Source: an uncultured cyanobacterium (GTDB taxonomy: Bacteria; Cyanobacteriota; Cyanobacteriia; Phormidesmidales; Phormidesmidaceae). Taken from it: 64,000 nt of DNA. Below, one piece after another: positions 9,617 through 21,517 of the stretch. The stretch lies in contig CAWBZI010000002.1 of assembly GCA_963793265.1 (NCBI GenBank), positions 576,001 to 640,000 on the forward strand, read 5' to 3'. Each line of letters begins with the position of its first letter. The first letter of the stretch is position 1. The notes under the pieces were generated by a model that had not been told where the DNA came from, did no database searches, and saw only the letters and a program-made list of their open reading frames with translations. The position numbers and the translations under genes are program-made.

Positions 9617-12124
9617 ATGGCGAAAAAGTTAGACTTTTCCAAAGAGCAGATCGTAACCACCGCACTCCACACCGAAGTGCAGCGATCATATTTGGAATAC
9701 GCCATGAGTGTCATTGTCGGGCGCGCGCTGCCTGACGTACGAGACGGCCTCAAGCCGGTTCATCGGCGCATTCTCTACGCCATGCACGAGCTAGGACTGG
9801 TGCCAGATAGGCCATTCCGAAAATGCGCCCGCGTCGTCGGAGACGTGCTCGGTAAATACCATCCCCACGGCGATCAGGCGGTATACGACGCCCTCGTCCG
9901 CATGGTGCAAGACTTTTCTAGCCGCTACCCGTTGCTCGCAGGCCACGGCAACTTTGGCTCGGTTGATAACGACCCACCAGCGGCCATGCGCTACACCGAA
10001 ACGCGCCTGGCAGAAATCGGCCACAGCGCGCTGTTAGGGGATGTTAGCGAGGCTACGGTCGATTTTGCCGACAACTTCGACAGCTCTCAGCAAGAGCCCG
10101 TTGTGCTGCCCGCGCATTTACCAAATCTGCTGCTCAACGGCAGCTCGGGTATTGCAGTCGGCATGGCCACAAATATTCCGCCGCACAACCTGGGCGAAAT
10201 TATCGACGGTCTGATTGCTCTGATTGACCGGCCCAATCTCTCTAACGACAAGCTGTTTGATCTCATTCCAGGGCCAGATTTTCCAACTGGCGCGGAAATT
10301 ATTGATACTAAAGGCATTCGCGATGCCTACCGCACCGGGCGAGGCGGTATTCCCATTCGCGGGATTGCTAATTTTGAAGAAATCAAGACGGGGAAGGGGA
10401 AGCGATCGCGTCAGGCCATTATCGTCACCGAGCTACCCTATCAGGTCAACAAAGCAAGCTGGATTACCAAGATTGCTAGCCTTGTGAACCAGGGGCGTAT
10501 TGAGGGCATTACAGATATTCGCGACGAGAGCGATCGCGATGGTATGAGAGTGGTGATCGAAGTTAAGCGGGAGGCTCAACCCCACTTAATTTTGAATGAC
10601 CTCTACAAAATGACGCCGCTACAGGTCAACTTTGGCGCACTCATGCTGGCTATCGACGACGGTCAGCCCCGGCAGCTATCGCTCAGAGAAATGCTCGAAG
10701 CCTTTCTTACCTTCCGCGAAGACACGCTGATTCGTCAGTACAATCACGAGCTAGGTCAAAAGCAAAACCGCGCTCACGTTGTTGAAGGTCTGATCGTCGC
10801 ACTCGACAATCTAGATGACGTGATTGAGATATTGCGCGGTGCCGCCGATGGGACGACTGCCAGAGCAGAGTTGCAGTCGCATCTGGACTTGAGCGATCGC
10901 CAGGCAGATAGCATTCTTTCTATGCCCTTGCGCAGGCTCACCGGGTTAGAGCAGCAGAAGCTTCGCGATGAGGCTGAGGAATTGAGCGATCGCATTGACG
11001 AACTCCAGACCCTCATAGACGATCGCTCGGTGCTGATGAAGTCGCTCAAAAAAGAGCTGCGTGCCCTTAAAAAGAAATTCAACGATCCCCGCCGCACTCG
11101 CATCCAAACTGACGCCCAGCGTAAAAAAGAAGAAAAAGTCCTCGCTGAGATTGCCGCTGAAGAAAGCGAGGCCGAATTCGTCCTCGAAATCACTCGCAAA
11201 GGCTACATTCGCCGTTCTGCGCCCAAAACCTACAGTCGCCGCAAAGCCAAAGAAGACTCGCCCGGCAAGCGGCTCGACGAATTCGATGATGTCACCATCC
11301 AGGCCGAGATCACCAATCCCACTCAAGAGATTCTCGTGCTCACCCGCGACGGTAAAGCTTACACCGTCAGCACCAACGACGTACCGCTAGCCCAGCGCAA
11401 CAACAAAGGCGTCCCACTTATCAACCTCCTGCCCCCCGCTGTCGGCAGCGTTCCTGACAGCATCGTCACCCACATCGTTATGACCGAAGAGCGCCTGGCA
11501 CAGCAGCTCATCGTCATCTCCGCCTATGGCCGCGTCAAACGCCTCCCCGCTAAAGAACTCACCAACATCAGCGGTCGTGGCCTCACCGCCCTCAAGCTTA
11601 AAGACGACGACACGCTACTATTTGCCTTCACCGCTGATATTGGAACAGACATCGTTCTTGCCTCATCTGGCGGCAGGCTCCTGCGCTTCCAAATCAACGA
11701 CGATCAGCTCCCCGAAACTAGCCGGACTTCTCAGGGCACCAAAGGCATTCGCCTCACCAAAAACGAAACGCTCGTCGGCGGTGTGCCTGTCAGCGTCAAA
11801 GACAGCCTCCTGCTCGTCTCTCAAAAAGGCTACGGTAAGCGAATGCTCGTCAACAACTTCCGGGCCTCCAATCGGGGCGGCATCGGCTCTCAGTCTTTCA
11901 AGTTCGACTTGAAAAATGACGCGCTAGCCTCCATGATATTGGCGGTTCCAGAAGCCAACGTTACCCTGCTCACCAGCGAAAACCGCTTCGCCCAAATCAA
12001 CATCGACAACATCCCGCTTCAGGGCCGCTCCCAACCCAACGCCCGCCTCGTCACCCCGAACCGCAGCGAAATTATTACAGAAGCCCGCATCACTGACATT
12101 GACGAAGAAGACCTCGACACGTAG
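9617..12124 (+). CDS. Type IIA topoisomerase A subunit (GyrA/ParC family; likely the second, ParC-like paralog)
   Basis: [21 protein letters not shown], catalytic [15 protein letters not shown] and C-terminal pinwheel; no canonical GyrA-box. Confidence 0.9.
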   Translation: MAKKLDFSKEQIVTTALHTEVQRSYLEYAMSVIVGRALPDVRDGLKPVHRRILYAMHELGLVPDRPFRKCARVVGDVLGKYHPHGDQAVYDALVRMVQDFSSRYPLLAGHGNFGSVDNDPPAAMRYTETRLAEIGHSALLGDVSEATVDFADNFDSSQQEPVVLPAHLPNLLLNGSSGIAVGMATNIPPHNLGEIIDGLIALIDRPNLSNDKLFDLIPGPDFPTGAEIIDTKGIRDAYRTGRGGIPIRGIANFEEIKTGKGKRSRQAIIVTELPYQVNKASWITKIASLVNQGRIEGITDIRDESDRDGMRVVIEVKREAQPHLILNDLYKMTPLQVNFGALMLAIDDGQPRQLSLREMLEAFLTFREDTLIRQYNHELGQKQNRAHVVEGLIVALDNLDDVIEILRGAADGTTARAELQSHLDLSDRQADSILSMPLRRLTGLEQQKLRDEAEELSDRIDELQTLIDDRSVLMKSLKKELRALKKKFNDPRRTRIQTDAQRKKEEKVLAEIAAEESEAEFVLEITRKGYIRRSAPKTYSRRKAKEDSPGKRLDEFDDVTIQAEITNPTQEILVLTRDGKAYTVSTNDVPLAQRNNKGVPLINLLPPAVGSVPDSIVTHIVMTEERLAQQLIVISAYGRVKRLPAKELTNISGRGLTALKLKDDDTLLFAFTADIGTDIVLASSGGRLLRFQINDDQLPETSRTSQGTKGIRLTKNETLVGGVPVSVKDSLLLVSQKGYGKRMLVNNFRASNRGGIGSQSFKFDLKNDALASMILAVPEANVTLLTSENRFAQINIDNIPLQGRSQPNARLVTPNRSEIITEARITDIDEEDLDT

Positions 12125-12136
12125 CAGCACAATCCT

Positions 12137-13306
12137 TTGGCCAGAGTCGTCCTCCAGAACATTTCCAAGTCCTTCGATAGCCGCGCTAAAGCTGTCGAAG
12201 ACAAACCTCCGACAAAAGACCCCAAAAGCAAAGCGACGACTAGGCCAGATCCTGCGCGGCCTGTGCTCAGCCAAATAGATCTCACCGTCAACGATGGTGA
12301 GTTTATGGTGCTTGTTGGCCCTTCAGGCTGCGGAAAAAGTACGCTTTTGCGGCTTATTTCCGGGCTCGAAACGCTAACCAGCGGCAATATTCATGTGGGC
12401 GATCGCCTCGTCAACACCCTGCCGCCCAAGCAGCGCGACATCGCCATGGTGTTCCAAAGCTACGCCCTCTACCCACACCTCAGCGTCTATAACAATCTCG
12501 CCTTCGGCCTCCGCCGCAGCCGCCCGCGCCCTTCCAAAACAGAGATTTCCAAGCGCATTCAAAGCGTCGCTGACATGCTTCAGATTGGCGAACTTCTCGA
12601 TCGACTGCCCAAACAGCTCTCTGGTGGTCAAAAGCAACGTGTCGCCTTAGGCCGCGCCATGGCTCGCGATCCCCAAGTCTTTTTAATGGACGAGCCACTT
12701 TCTAACCTTGATGCTAAGCTACGCACCGAAACCAGAGCGCAGATTGTCAGCCTTCAGAGATCGCTCGGCACCACCACTATCTACGTCACCCACGACCAAA
12801 CTGAAGCAATGACGATGGGCGATCGCATCGCCGTCATGAACCAGGGTCAAATTCAGCAAGTCGCCCCCCCGCTAGAACTGTATCGCCAGCCCGCCAACCG
12901 CTTTGTCGCCGCCTTCATTGGCTCTCCACCAATGAACTTCATCCCAGTTACCGCAAAGCTTACGGCGGATGCTGCTCAGCTCGTGCATCCCGATTTTGCG
13001 GTGGCTTTACCTGCTGAATGGAGAGATGCGATCGCCCCCTATCAAAACCAACCCCTCACCCTCGGCATCCGCCCCGAACACATCGCCACCGGTCAAACCC
13101 CAGGCTCCATCCCCATCACCGTCACCCAGCTAGAAGCCCTCGGCAGCGAAACCTACATCCTCGCCACTCTCCCAAACAACCAAACCCTCCAGGCCCGCAT
13201 TCCAGCCGATCAACCCATCCAGCTCGGCAGCATTCTCCAAGTCAGCTTCCCCCCCGCTCAAATCCACCTCTTCGACCCCACAACAGAAGTCGCCGTCCGT
13301 CCATAA
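12137..13306 (+). CDS. Carbohydrate ABC transporter ATP-binding subunit (MalK/UgpC family)
   Basis: GPSGCGKS Walker A, LSGGQ signature, FLMDEPLSNLD, VTHDQ, C-terminal TOBE-like region. Confidence 0.92.
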   Translation: MARVVLQNISKSFDSRAKAVEDKPPTKDPKSKATTRPDPARPVLSQIDLTVNDGEFMVLVGPSGCGKSTLLRLISGLETLTSGNIHVGDRLVNTLPPKQRDIAMVFQSYALYPHLSVYNNLAFGLRRSRPRPSKTEISKRIQSVADMLQIGELLDRLPKQLSGGQKQRVALGRAMARDPQVFLMDEPLSNLDAKLRTETRAQIVSLQRSLGTTTIYVTHDQTEAMTMGDRIAVMNQGQIQQVAPPLELYRQPANRFVAAFIGSPPMNFIPVTAKLTADAAQLVHPDFAVALPAEWRDAIAPYQNQPLTLGIRPEHIATGQTPGSIPITVTQLEALGSETYILATLPNNQTLQARIPADQPIQLGSILQVSFPPAQIHLFDPTTEVAVRP

Positions 13307-13422
13307 TCCCAACAAAAAGCCCCACGAAAAAGGCAAAAAGCCACATCGCAGGGACACCAAACCAACACACTCAGAGCCTCATCTTTGGGGACGGGGGCCT
13401 CCGAATCTCCGAAACTCAAACC

Positions 13423-13845
13423 CTACCCCTCGTCCTCATCCACCATATTCGGGCTAATCAGCGTAATATCAAACTCATCTGGCGCAACCCCCGAAAACGT
13501 ATCCCGCTCCAGTTGATAAAAAATCGCTCGAGCCTGCGGCCCAAAGACAATTTCGTCTTCATTATTCAAATCATGGGCCTGCACCTTCCGCCCATTAATC
13601 AGCATTCCGTTTGCGCTCGGCTTCCCTTTTAAATTGCCGTCCACAATCCGGTAATAGTCTGTCTCATTATCCTTAGGCAACTGCACCAGCGTCGCATGGT
13701 GCCGCGATACAAACTGCGAAGCTAACCGAATATCGCACTTCGGATCGCGACCCAGCGAATACACAGAACTCTCAAGCGAGATCTCACGTCTCCCCTGACT
13801 ATCTTCGACGATCAAAATGCTAGTGAGCTTAGAATCTGAAGACAT
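13423..13845 (-). CDS. FHA domain protein
   Basis: LGR, VSRHHA and SANG FHA motifs. Confidence 0.9.
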   Translation of the reverse strand: MSSDSKLTSILIVEDSQGRREISLESSVYSLGRDPKCDIRLASQFVSRHHATLVQLPKDNETDYYRIVDGNLKGKPSANGMLINGRKVQAHDLNNEDEIVFGPQARAIFYQLERDTFSGVAPDEFDITLISPNMVDEDEG

Positions 13846-13974
13846 AATGTCGCCACGCTGCGGTAGTCAAAATACAGACAGCCTATAAAATGCTATTTAG
13901 CCTGAGGTTGCCCGTCTAATCAAGAATACTTTACAACTCTCTCGGCCCTATTTCAGCCCAATAAAAAATTCCAT

Positions 13975-14012
13975 AAAAAAGGAGGGCAGTCCGAAAAAGA
14001 CCACTCTCCTCT
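13975..14012 (-). terminator. Probable intrinsic terminator of prk
   Basis: Imperfect GC stem followed by a T6 run on the minus strand, about 50 nt after the prk stop. Confidence 0.6.
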
Positions 14013-14062
14013 TTTGATACCTACAAGCATCACCTATTTAAGTAATCCCTCGGCAGTCAGGT

Positions 14063-15070
14063 CTAAGCCACAGTCTCCGCCAGCACTTTCTCACCCGCCA
14101 TCAGCAAGTCATAAGTCGCCCGCATCTTCAGGCCAACCAACACTTGAAACAAGCCGCTTCCGTTCTTAGAACCGGGATACTCACTGTGCTTCAGCAGCAG
14201 CTCAGTCATTTCACCGTAGTGCTTAGTCGAAGTATTGCTCAAGTGGCTCTCAATATAGATAACCTCTTCCAAGCGGTCGAATTCACCGTCTAGCTCTAGC
14301 ACGGATACCTCATTGCCGTAGTAGCTGTCGGGGCCATAGTGCATCCGCAAACCAGGATAAGAACACGTCAGCTTACGACCGCAAGGAATCCAGTCGATTG
14401 TCGAGCCTTGGTCGAACAGATAGACCGGATCGAAGCCCTTAATACCTTCGCGCTGAATCAAACGTACGCGCAGAATCTTATTTTCCTTATCATCAGGAAT
14501 CAAATTCGTTGGTAAGATTTGAATAACGACATCGGCGTACTGCTTTTGCACGTCAATATAGGCTTCAAAGTCAGGCTTACGAGCATTCACTGCCGCCAGC
14601 ACATCCTCGTACGTATGGCCGCGCTCAGCCATATCGCGCTGAATCTTCCAGTTGATTTTTACTTCATCGCTAATGTCTAAATACACGCTGAAGTCAATCA
14701 GATTGCGGACGCGCTCATCATACAGCGGGTGAAGACCCTCAATCACCACAATCTTATTAGGATGCACCTTCTCAGGCGGATCGAGTTCGCCCGTTTCGTG
14801 GTTGTAAATAGGCTTATCAATCGTGTTGCCTTCCTTCAACGCTTTGATCTGCTCGTACATCAAATCAAAGTTGTTCGCCTTTGGATTCAGCGCAGTTACT
14901 TTCTGCTCCTTACGCTGCTTGCGATCCAAGCTGTGATAGTCATCCAAACAGATAACCGTCATCAGCTCTTCACCAAACAAATCCATCAGGCGACGCAAGA
15001 AAGTGGATTTACCACATCCAGAGTCTCCAGCCACACCGATCAAAACTACTTGGCCTTCTTTACTGGTCAT
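14063..15070 (-). CDS. prk: Phosphoribulokinase
   Basis: GVAGDSGCGKST, VICLDDYHSLDR, WKIQRDMAERGH, PCGRKLTCSYPG. Confidence 0.97.
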   Translation of the reverse strand: MTSKEGQVVLIGVAGDSGCGKSTFLRRLMDLFGEELMTVICLDDYHSLDRKQRKEQKVTALNPKANNFDLMYEQIKALKEGNTIDKPIYNHETGELDPPEKVHPNKIVVIEGLHPLYDERVRNLIDFSVYLDISDEVKINWKIQRDMAERGHTYEDVLAAVNARKPDFEAYIDVQKQYADVVIQILPTNLIPDDKENKILRVRLIQREGIKGFDPVYLFDQGSTIDWIPCGRKLTCSYPGLRMHYGPDSYYGNEVSVLELDGEFDRLEEVIYIESHLSNTSTKHYGEMTELLLKHSEYPGSKNGSGLFQVLVGLKMRATYDLLMAGEKVLAETVA

Positions 15071-15514
15071 AGGGTCCTCTACAACAAAGTCAAAATTATT
15101 TTTAAAGAGCTTCTTTGAGCAGGCAAACGAACGTTCCCTATCCCAATCGCCGCTATTGCCAAGCCCTTACACCAAAGGCCATAGCCAGCAACACACATCC
15201 ATTGAGGTCATCAACGGCAGTTGACAAATCACAGAAGTTTATGATTCGCAACTTTTGATTACGTATATCAAATCTTATCAGACACTACGACTTGCGAACA
15301 AGCGGCCCTTGATTTACAGCCCACATAAAACCCCTTGTTTAATGGCACGTCAGCTAACCCTGACGTGATCGCCTACCCAAATAATATTTTTTGATTAACA
15401 TAAAACACAGAAGCAACATCGAGAAAACCGGCAGAGCATCAAGACACGCCTTTAGGAAGATAAGCCGCAAGGTGAAATCAATCAGCTCAAAATGATAATC
15501 TATTCTCCATATAG

Positions 15515-16774
<1,260 letters not shown>

Positions 16775-16844
16775 AGCCAGACTACTCTGTGCGCTTGCTG
16801 AGTACTACATTTGGTTGAGCGTCTAAGCGTATTCGACAAATCTT

Positions 16845-16878
16845 AAAGGAGGGGCATTCCACGGAACGTCCCTCCTTT
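16845..16878 (+). terminator. Hairpin/terminator after petH
   Basis: AAAGGAGGGGCATTCC-AC-GGAACGTCCCTCCTTT inverted repeat. Confidence 0.65.
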
Positions 16879-16912
16879 ACAATTGGAAAGGTATTTTTGC
16901 GGGTTCCGAACA

Positions 16913-18238
16913 TTGGATTCAAAGGCGGCATTGAAGGTAGGGCTACTAGGATTAGGCACGGTGGGCACAGGCGTTGCCAAAATCCTTTTAGATCCTCAAG
17001 GTCGCAATCCTTTGCTCAAAGATGTGGAGATTAGTCGGGTGGGTGTGCGATCGCTCAAACCCCGAGACACTCCCCTCCCCAACACTATCTTCACCACCGA
17101 TCTCGGCAGCATCGTCACCGATCCTAATATCGACGTTGTAATTGAAGTGATTGGCGGCTTAGAACCTGCGCGATCGCTGATTCTCACTGCCATCAAAAAC
17201 GGCAAACACATCATCACCGCCAATAAAGCTGTCATCTCCCGCTATGGCGAAGAAATTTACGAAGCCGCTACCGCCGCAGGGGTCTACGTTACCGTCGAGG
17301 CCGCAGTCGGCGGCGGTATTCCTGTCATCACACCGCTGAAGCAAGCTCTCAGCGTAAACCGCATCCAAACCGTGATGGGCATTATCAACGGCACCACTAA
17401 CTACATTCTCACCCGAATGCAAAACGAGGGTGGCGACTTTGAGCCCATTCTTACTGACGCTCAGCAGCTAGGCTACGCCGAAGCCGACCCGACTGCTGAC
17501 GTAGATGGCTTAGATGCTGCTGATAAAATTGCTATTTTGGCGTCACTTGCCTTTGGCGGTCGCATCAACCGCGACAATATTTACTGCGAAGGTATCCGTA
17601 ACGTGAGCGCCGCTGATATTACGTATGCTGAAAATTTAGGCTTTGTGATTAAGCTGTTAGCGATCGCCAAACTCCCCGATAGTCCATCCAGCAGCTCACC
17701 TGACAGCACAAATACCTCAGACAGCATTCAAGTCCGCGTTCACCCCACTCTAGTACCCACCAGCCATCCCCTCGCCAGCGTCAACGACGTAAACAACGCC
17801 GTCCTCGTCGAAGGCGATCCCATCGGCCAGGTCATGTTCTATGGCCCTGGCGCAGGAGAAGGCCCCACCGCCAGCGCTGTCGTCTCCGACCTCCTACTCA
17901 TCGCCTCCAGTCTCGCCAACGGCACAAAGCCAAATCCCTTACTTACCTGCCCGCACCATCACACCCTCAGCATCATTCCTAACGCCGAAGTTGTCACCCG
18001 CCTTTACGTCCGCCTCCTCGTAAAAGACAGCCCTGGCGTCATCGGCAAACTCGGCACCTGCTTCGGCACCCACAGCGTCAGCCTAGAATCCATCGTCCAA
18101 ATCGGCATTCAAAACGGCCAGGTAGAACTCGTCGTTGTCACTCACGAAGTCCCAGAGGGCTCTTTCCAAAAAGCCCTTGCCGAGATCCGTCAGTTTGAAG
18201 AAGTTATCGATATTCCCAGCCTTCTCCACGTTCTTTAG
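16913..18238 (+). CDS. hom: Homoserine dehydrogenase with C-terminal ACT domain (start uncertain: TTG at 16883, 16913 or 16931)
   Basis: GLLGLGTVG, TANKA, EAAVGGGIP, GYAEADPTADVDG, GPGAG..PTASAV, ACT domain. Confidence 0.93.
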   Translation: MDSKAALKVGLLGLGTVGTGVAKILLDPQGRNPLLKDVEISRVGVRSLKPRDTPLPNTIFTTDLGSIVTDPNIDVVIEVIGGLEPARSLILTAIKNGKHIITANKAVISRYGEEIYEAATAAGVYVTVEAAVGGGIPVITPLKQALSVNRIQTVMGIINGTTNYILTRMQNEGGDFEPILTDAQQLGYAEADPTADVDGLDAADKIAILASLAFGGRINRDNIYCEGIRNVSAADITYAENLGFVIKLLAIAKLPDSPSSSSPDSTNTSDSIQVRVHPTLVPTSHPLASVNDVNNAVLVEGDPIGQVMFYGPGAGEGPTASAVVSDLLLIASSLANGTKPNPLLTCPHHHTLSIIPNAEVVTRLYVRLLVKDSPGVIGKLGTCFGTHSVSLESIVQIGIQNGQVELVVVTHEVPEGSFQKALAEIRQFEEVIDIPSLLHVL

Positions 18239-19146
18239 ATGTCTCAAGAAATCTCAGGAGAACGGCTCTATCAATGGAGACAATGGGCTATTCAACTGGC
18301 TCAAGAGAATGACGTTGACCCCAGCGAAGTCGATTGGCTGCTGCAAGGAATCACGCCGCTCAAGGGCCTATCGCTAAGATTAGACAGCTATCGAAATCAG
18401 TCCACTATCACTTGCGACCAATCACTTGATAGACTCACTGCTCAGTGGCAAAGACGAATTCAATGATCGAGTCCCTGTGCAATATCTCGTTGGAGAAACC
18501 CCCTGGCGAAATTTCTCTTTGAACTGTCTCACCTGATGTACTCATTCCTCGGCCCGAAACCGAACTCATCATCGATATCGCCAAGGCTTTAGCAGCACAG
18601 AGCCCTATTGCAGACCAGCAGCTTGTAGAAAATTGGGCCGATTTAGGAACAGGGAGTGGGGCGATCGCACTTGGCCTTGCTGACAGCTTCACCGAAGCCT
18701 CTATCCACGCCGTTGACATCAGCAAGCAAGCCCTAAAAATCGCTCAACACAACGCCAGGAAAAACCACCTTGCTCACCGCATCACCTTCCACAAAGGAAG
18801 CTGGCTATCCCCCTTATCAGCCCTCAAAGGCCAGCTCACTGGCATCGTCTCCAACCCACCCTACATCCCAACCCAAACCGTCCTTACACTTCAGCCCGAA
18901 GTCACCAATCACGAACCCCACCTCGCCCTAGACGGCGGCGTAGATGGCTTAGACTGCACTAAAACCCTCATTACGGATAGCGTTTCCCACTTACGTCCTC
19001 ACGGCATCTGGCTCGCAGAAGTTATGACCGGGCAAGCCGAAACCGTCACCCACTTACTCAGACAGCAAGGAAGCTACACTCACATCACGATTCACCAAGA
19101 TCTTTCAGGCATTGATAGATTCGTCTCTGCTCGCAAAGCACTATAA
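18239..19146 (+). pseudogene. prmC: Release-factor glutamine methyltransferase, interrupted by two +1 frameshifts (probably sequencing errors)
   Basis: Frame 1 to about 18460 (..QWQRRI), frame 2 18462-18521 (NDRVPVQYLVGETPWRNFSL), frame 3 18523-19146 (TVSPDVLIPRPETE..WADLGTGSGAIA..SNPPYIP..EPHLALDGG..RKAL*). Confidence 0.9.
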
Positions 19147-19176
19147 TCACCAAATAACCTACCCGTATTGAATTCT

Positions 19177-19296
19177 ATGGAAAGCACAGCATCTTACGAT
19201 TGGGTTTTAGGAGTGAGCGCGATCGCCATCCTCCTCGGCGGCCTCTTTCTCCTCTTCCTCTTCCTCCTCTTCGATGGCCTCAACGGCAGTAATTAG
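19177..19296 (+). CDS. Small 39-aa single-pass membrane peptide
   Basis: ATG..TAG ORF MESTASYDWVLGVSAIAILLGGLFLLFLFLLFDGLNGSN fills the prmC-pilin gap; below the ORF-track cutoff. Confidence 0.5.
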   Translation: MESTASYDWVLGVSAIAILLGGLFLLFLFLLFDGLNGSN

Positions 19297-19302
19297 GAAA
19301 CC

Positions 19303-19854
19303 CTAATAGCAAAGACGACCGCCGTCATCAGGTATCTCCTGTCCTTCAGATGTACGGGTAGCTCCAATTAGAGTAGATACGAACACACAGCGCTTAATAT
19401 CAGGAAATTGTCTGCTAGAAATAGTCACTCTTCCAAGCCTAGAATCTCGAACGTTTCCTTTTGAGTCGAATCGAACGTAGTAAGCACCATCGTCGGTATA
19501 GAAACTTGTCTCTTCTTCGAGGTGTATAGACTTATCTAACGACTCCCAATTAGACGAATTTAAAGAAACCGTTCTCGGGTGAGTTGCCGTTTCAACAATT
19601 CCGGCGTTTTCTCGAATACTAAACTGCCAGAAAGTATTATTTTGCTGCGATTTCAACTGAGCACGCTGAATGTCCTGTCGTAGTGAGCCCTGTGCTGCAA
19701 TAACTTTCTGAGTCTCTAAAAAGCGTAACCAAACGGGAGCCGCAATTGCCGCTAATGTTCCAATAATGGCAACGATTGCTAGCAATTCCAGCATCGTAAA
19801 ACCAGCATCGTAACTGTTTGATTCGTTTTCAATAGGTTTCACAATATATCTCAT
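19303..19854 (-). CDS. Type IV minor pilin (FimT/FimU-like)
   Basis: Class III signal G|FTMLE plus hydrophobic helix; C-terminal KRCV...LIG..C. Confidence 0.88.
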   Translation of the reverse strand: MRYIVKPIENESNSYDAGFTMLELLAIVAIIGTLAAIAAPVWLRFLETQKVIAAQGSLRQDIQRAQLKSQQNNTFWQFSIRENAGIVETATHPRTVSLNSSNWESLDKSIHLEEETSFYTDDGAYYVRFDSKGNVRDSRLGRVTISSRQFPDIKRCVFVSTLIGATRTSEGQEIPDDGGRLCY

Positions 19855-19918
19855 AAATTAGATATGCATTCAGGAAGCTTTGCGATGGTAATCACTTATC
19901 CACGCTGGCATTTCTTTA

Positions 19919-20461
19919 TTAAGGGATAGGTACGTAATTGGGTGCGTCGCAAGTGTCTCCCTCAGCAGTCACCATACTACCAAGTGGTGTTGTGATGACA
20001 ACACAACGTTTGGGAAGGTTGGTGCCGTCCAAACTTGTAAAAATTACTAGCGGAAGCTGTCCAGCTTCATCGACCTTACCATCGTGAGTAAAAACAAATT
20101 CATTAACACTGACAGGGGTCGCAGGAGTGCTATCTATAGCCTCTACCTTGAGCTTGCTACGAATTTGACTATCACCGAGTTCTGTTTGAATACCTGAAAA
20201 GGTTGCTGCATTCGGCCCCGTAGTAATGGAAGCAGCTCCAATTGTAGAGTTTATCTCGACCTTGTAGTTTTTGTTAGTTCTTCGAGCATCTGATTGAGCT
20301 GTTTGAAGCACTTGCAATATTTCGTCTCGTACCGCGTTAGCGCGTTGACGATTTATAAAAGTCAACCATCCAGGGGCGGCGATAGAAGCTAAAACGCCTA
20401 CTATTACCACTACAACCAGAACTTCAATTAAAGTAAATCCACCTGTTGAAGTTTTCTTCAT
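19919..20461 (-). CDS. Type IV minor pilin (FimT/FimU-like)
   Basis: G|FTLIE plus hydrophobic helix; KRCVVITTPLG..C C-terminus. Confidence 0.9.
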   Translation of the reverse strand: MKKTSTGGFTLIEVLVVVVIVGVLASIAAPGWLTFINRQRANAVRDEILQVLQTAQSDARRTNKNYKVEINSTIGAASITTGPNAATFSGIQTELGDSQIRSKLKVEAIDSTPATPVSVNEFVFTHDGKVDEAGQLPLVIFTSLDGTNLPKRCVVITTPLGSMVTAEGDTCDAPNYVPIP

Positions 20462-20495
20462 ATACTTGAATGATGCCCAGAGAAACGACAGAAAA

Positions 20496-21449
20496 TTAGT
20501 CAGCAGGATTTTTGTTGATTATGCCGCGAATGAGGACTTGAGTTTGTAGTCTTGGGGAACGGCTAGCATCGCTAGCGGGGCTTGTCGATGTCGAACGACC
20601 AGACGTGTCCCCCTTCAAAAATAGAAATACATCCTGATTATCTACGCCCACTCCACCGGGTAAGCTTGGATCGCTTATACAAGCAAAGAAGCTACTATCC
20701 GCTGTTACGTTGGATGGCGAACGTACATATCCGGCAGAGCCCGTGAAATTTTGACAGTTTAGGGCATTGGTACTGTCTATATCTACCTCACCAATATAGT
20801 CAACTAATACAGTAGAGGTATCAGGTGGCTTGGTTGATCCATTTTTAGTCCAGGAACCAAAGTCGCCACCTGGTTCCTCGTAACCTACAGTCTTTGTTAG
20901 CGTCGAAACATCTGAATATTGTTTCATTTCAAAACGGCTGATTCGAGACTGACCCTCCCATGGATCAGTTGCCCCGGAAATCTGTGAGTAAACAACTAAA
21001 TCGTAAGAGGCTCTACGGATTTTTAAGATGTCACACTCTGCCTCATCATCATCATCAGAGAACTCGCTAGCGCAGGTGTTCGGAATCTCGCTGTTGATAT
21101 CAATAGGTCTAACCTTCCAGAAAGCTAGAACAGGTATGTGAGCACTTTGTAGTTCAACACCCGTAGCTCCTGTTACATCAGATGGATCTGGATAAACGTA
21201 AACGGCCTCTCGTAAGTCATCCGCTATGTAGTTCATAGCTCTCTGAGTATCTCTTTGCACTTCTTCTAACGCAATCTCGCGGTTATCTACTCTGAGAAGT
21301 TCTATGACTAAGAAAAGTAGACCAGAAACTACTAAGCCAGAAATTACAACAGCAATCAGAAGTTCCATCAAGGTGAAACCTTTATCGACTGGCTTTCTAT
21401 GTATTAGAAATAAGAAGTATCGCCACGATCGTGGAACCGTTTTAGACAT
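20496..21449 (-). CDS. Type IV minor pilin (PilW/HpsC-like)
   Basis: G|FTLME; AMNYIADDLREAVYVY and PVLAFWK segments. Confidence 0.85.
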   Translation of the reverse strand: MSKTVPRSWRYFLFLIHRKPVDKGFTLMELLIAVVISGLVVSGLLFLVIELLRVDNREIALEEVQRDTQRAMNYIADDLREAVYVYPDPSDVTGATGVELQSAHIPVLAFWKVRPIDINSEIPNTCASEFSDDDDEAECDILKIRRASYDLVVYSQISGATDPWEGQSRISRFEMKQYSDVSTLTKTVGYEEPGGDFGSWTKNGSTKPPDTSTVLVDYIGEVDIDSTNALNCQNFTGSAGYVRSPSNVTADSSFFACISDPSLPGGVGVDNQDVFLFLKGDTSGRSTSTSPASDASRSPRLQTQVLIRGIINKNPAD

Positions 21450-21517
21450 TTTTTAGTGAATTTATAAATTTAGAGAGGAAGAGAATCAGCAAAATGTAGA
21501 TAAGCGCAAACAATTAT

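Noticed and set aside
13018..13632. 204-aa His/Pro/Arg-rich + strand ORF
   Set aside because: Off-frame product of the C-rich tract after HIP1 13028; it overlaps the ABC ATPase and the antisense FHA gene
18455..18540. prfB-like autoregulatory frameshifting in prmC (both interrupting stops are UGA)
   Set aside because: No CTT-TGA slippery site or internal Shine-Dalgarno; CAA-to-AAT and ACC-to-CCT re-pairing is implausible; two successive shifts would be needed
18435..18725. 96-aa minus-strand ORF
   Set aside because: Antisense shadow of the frameshifted prmC
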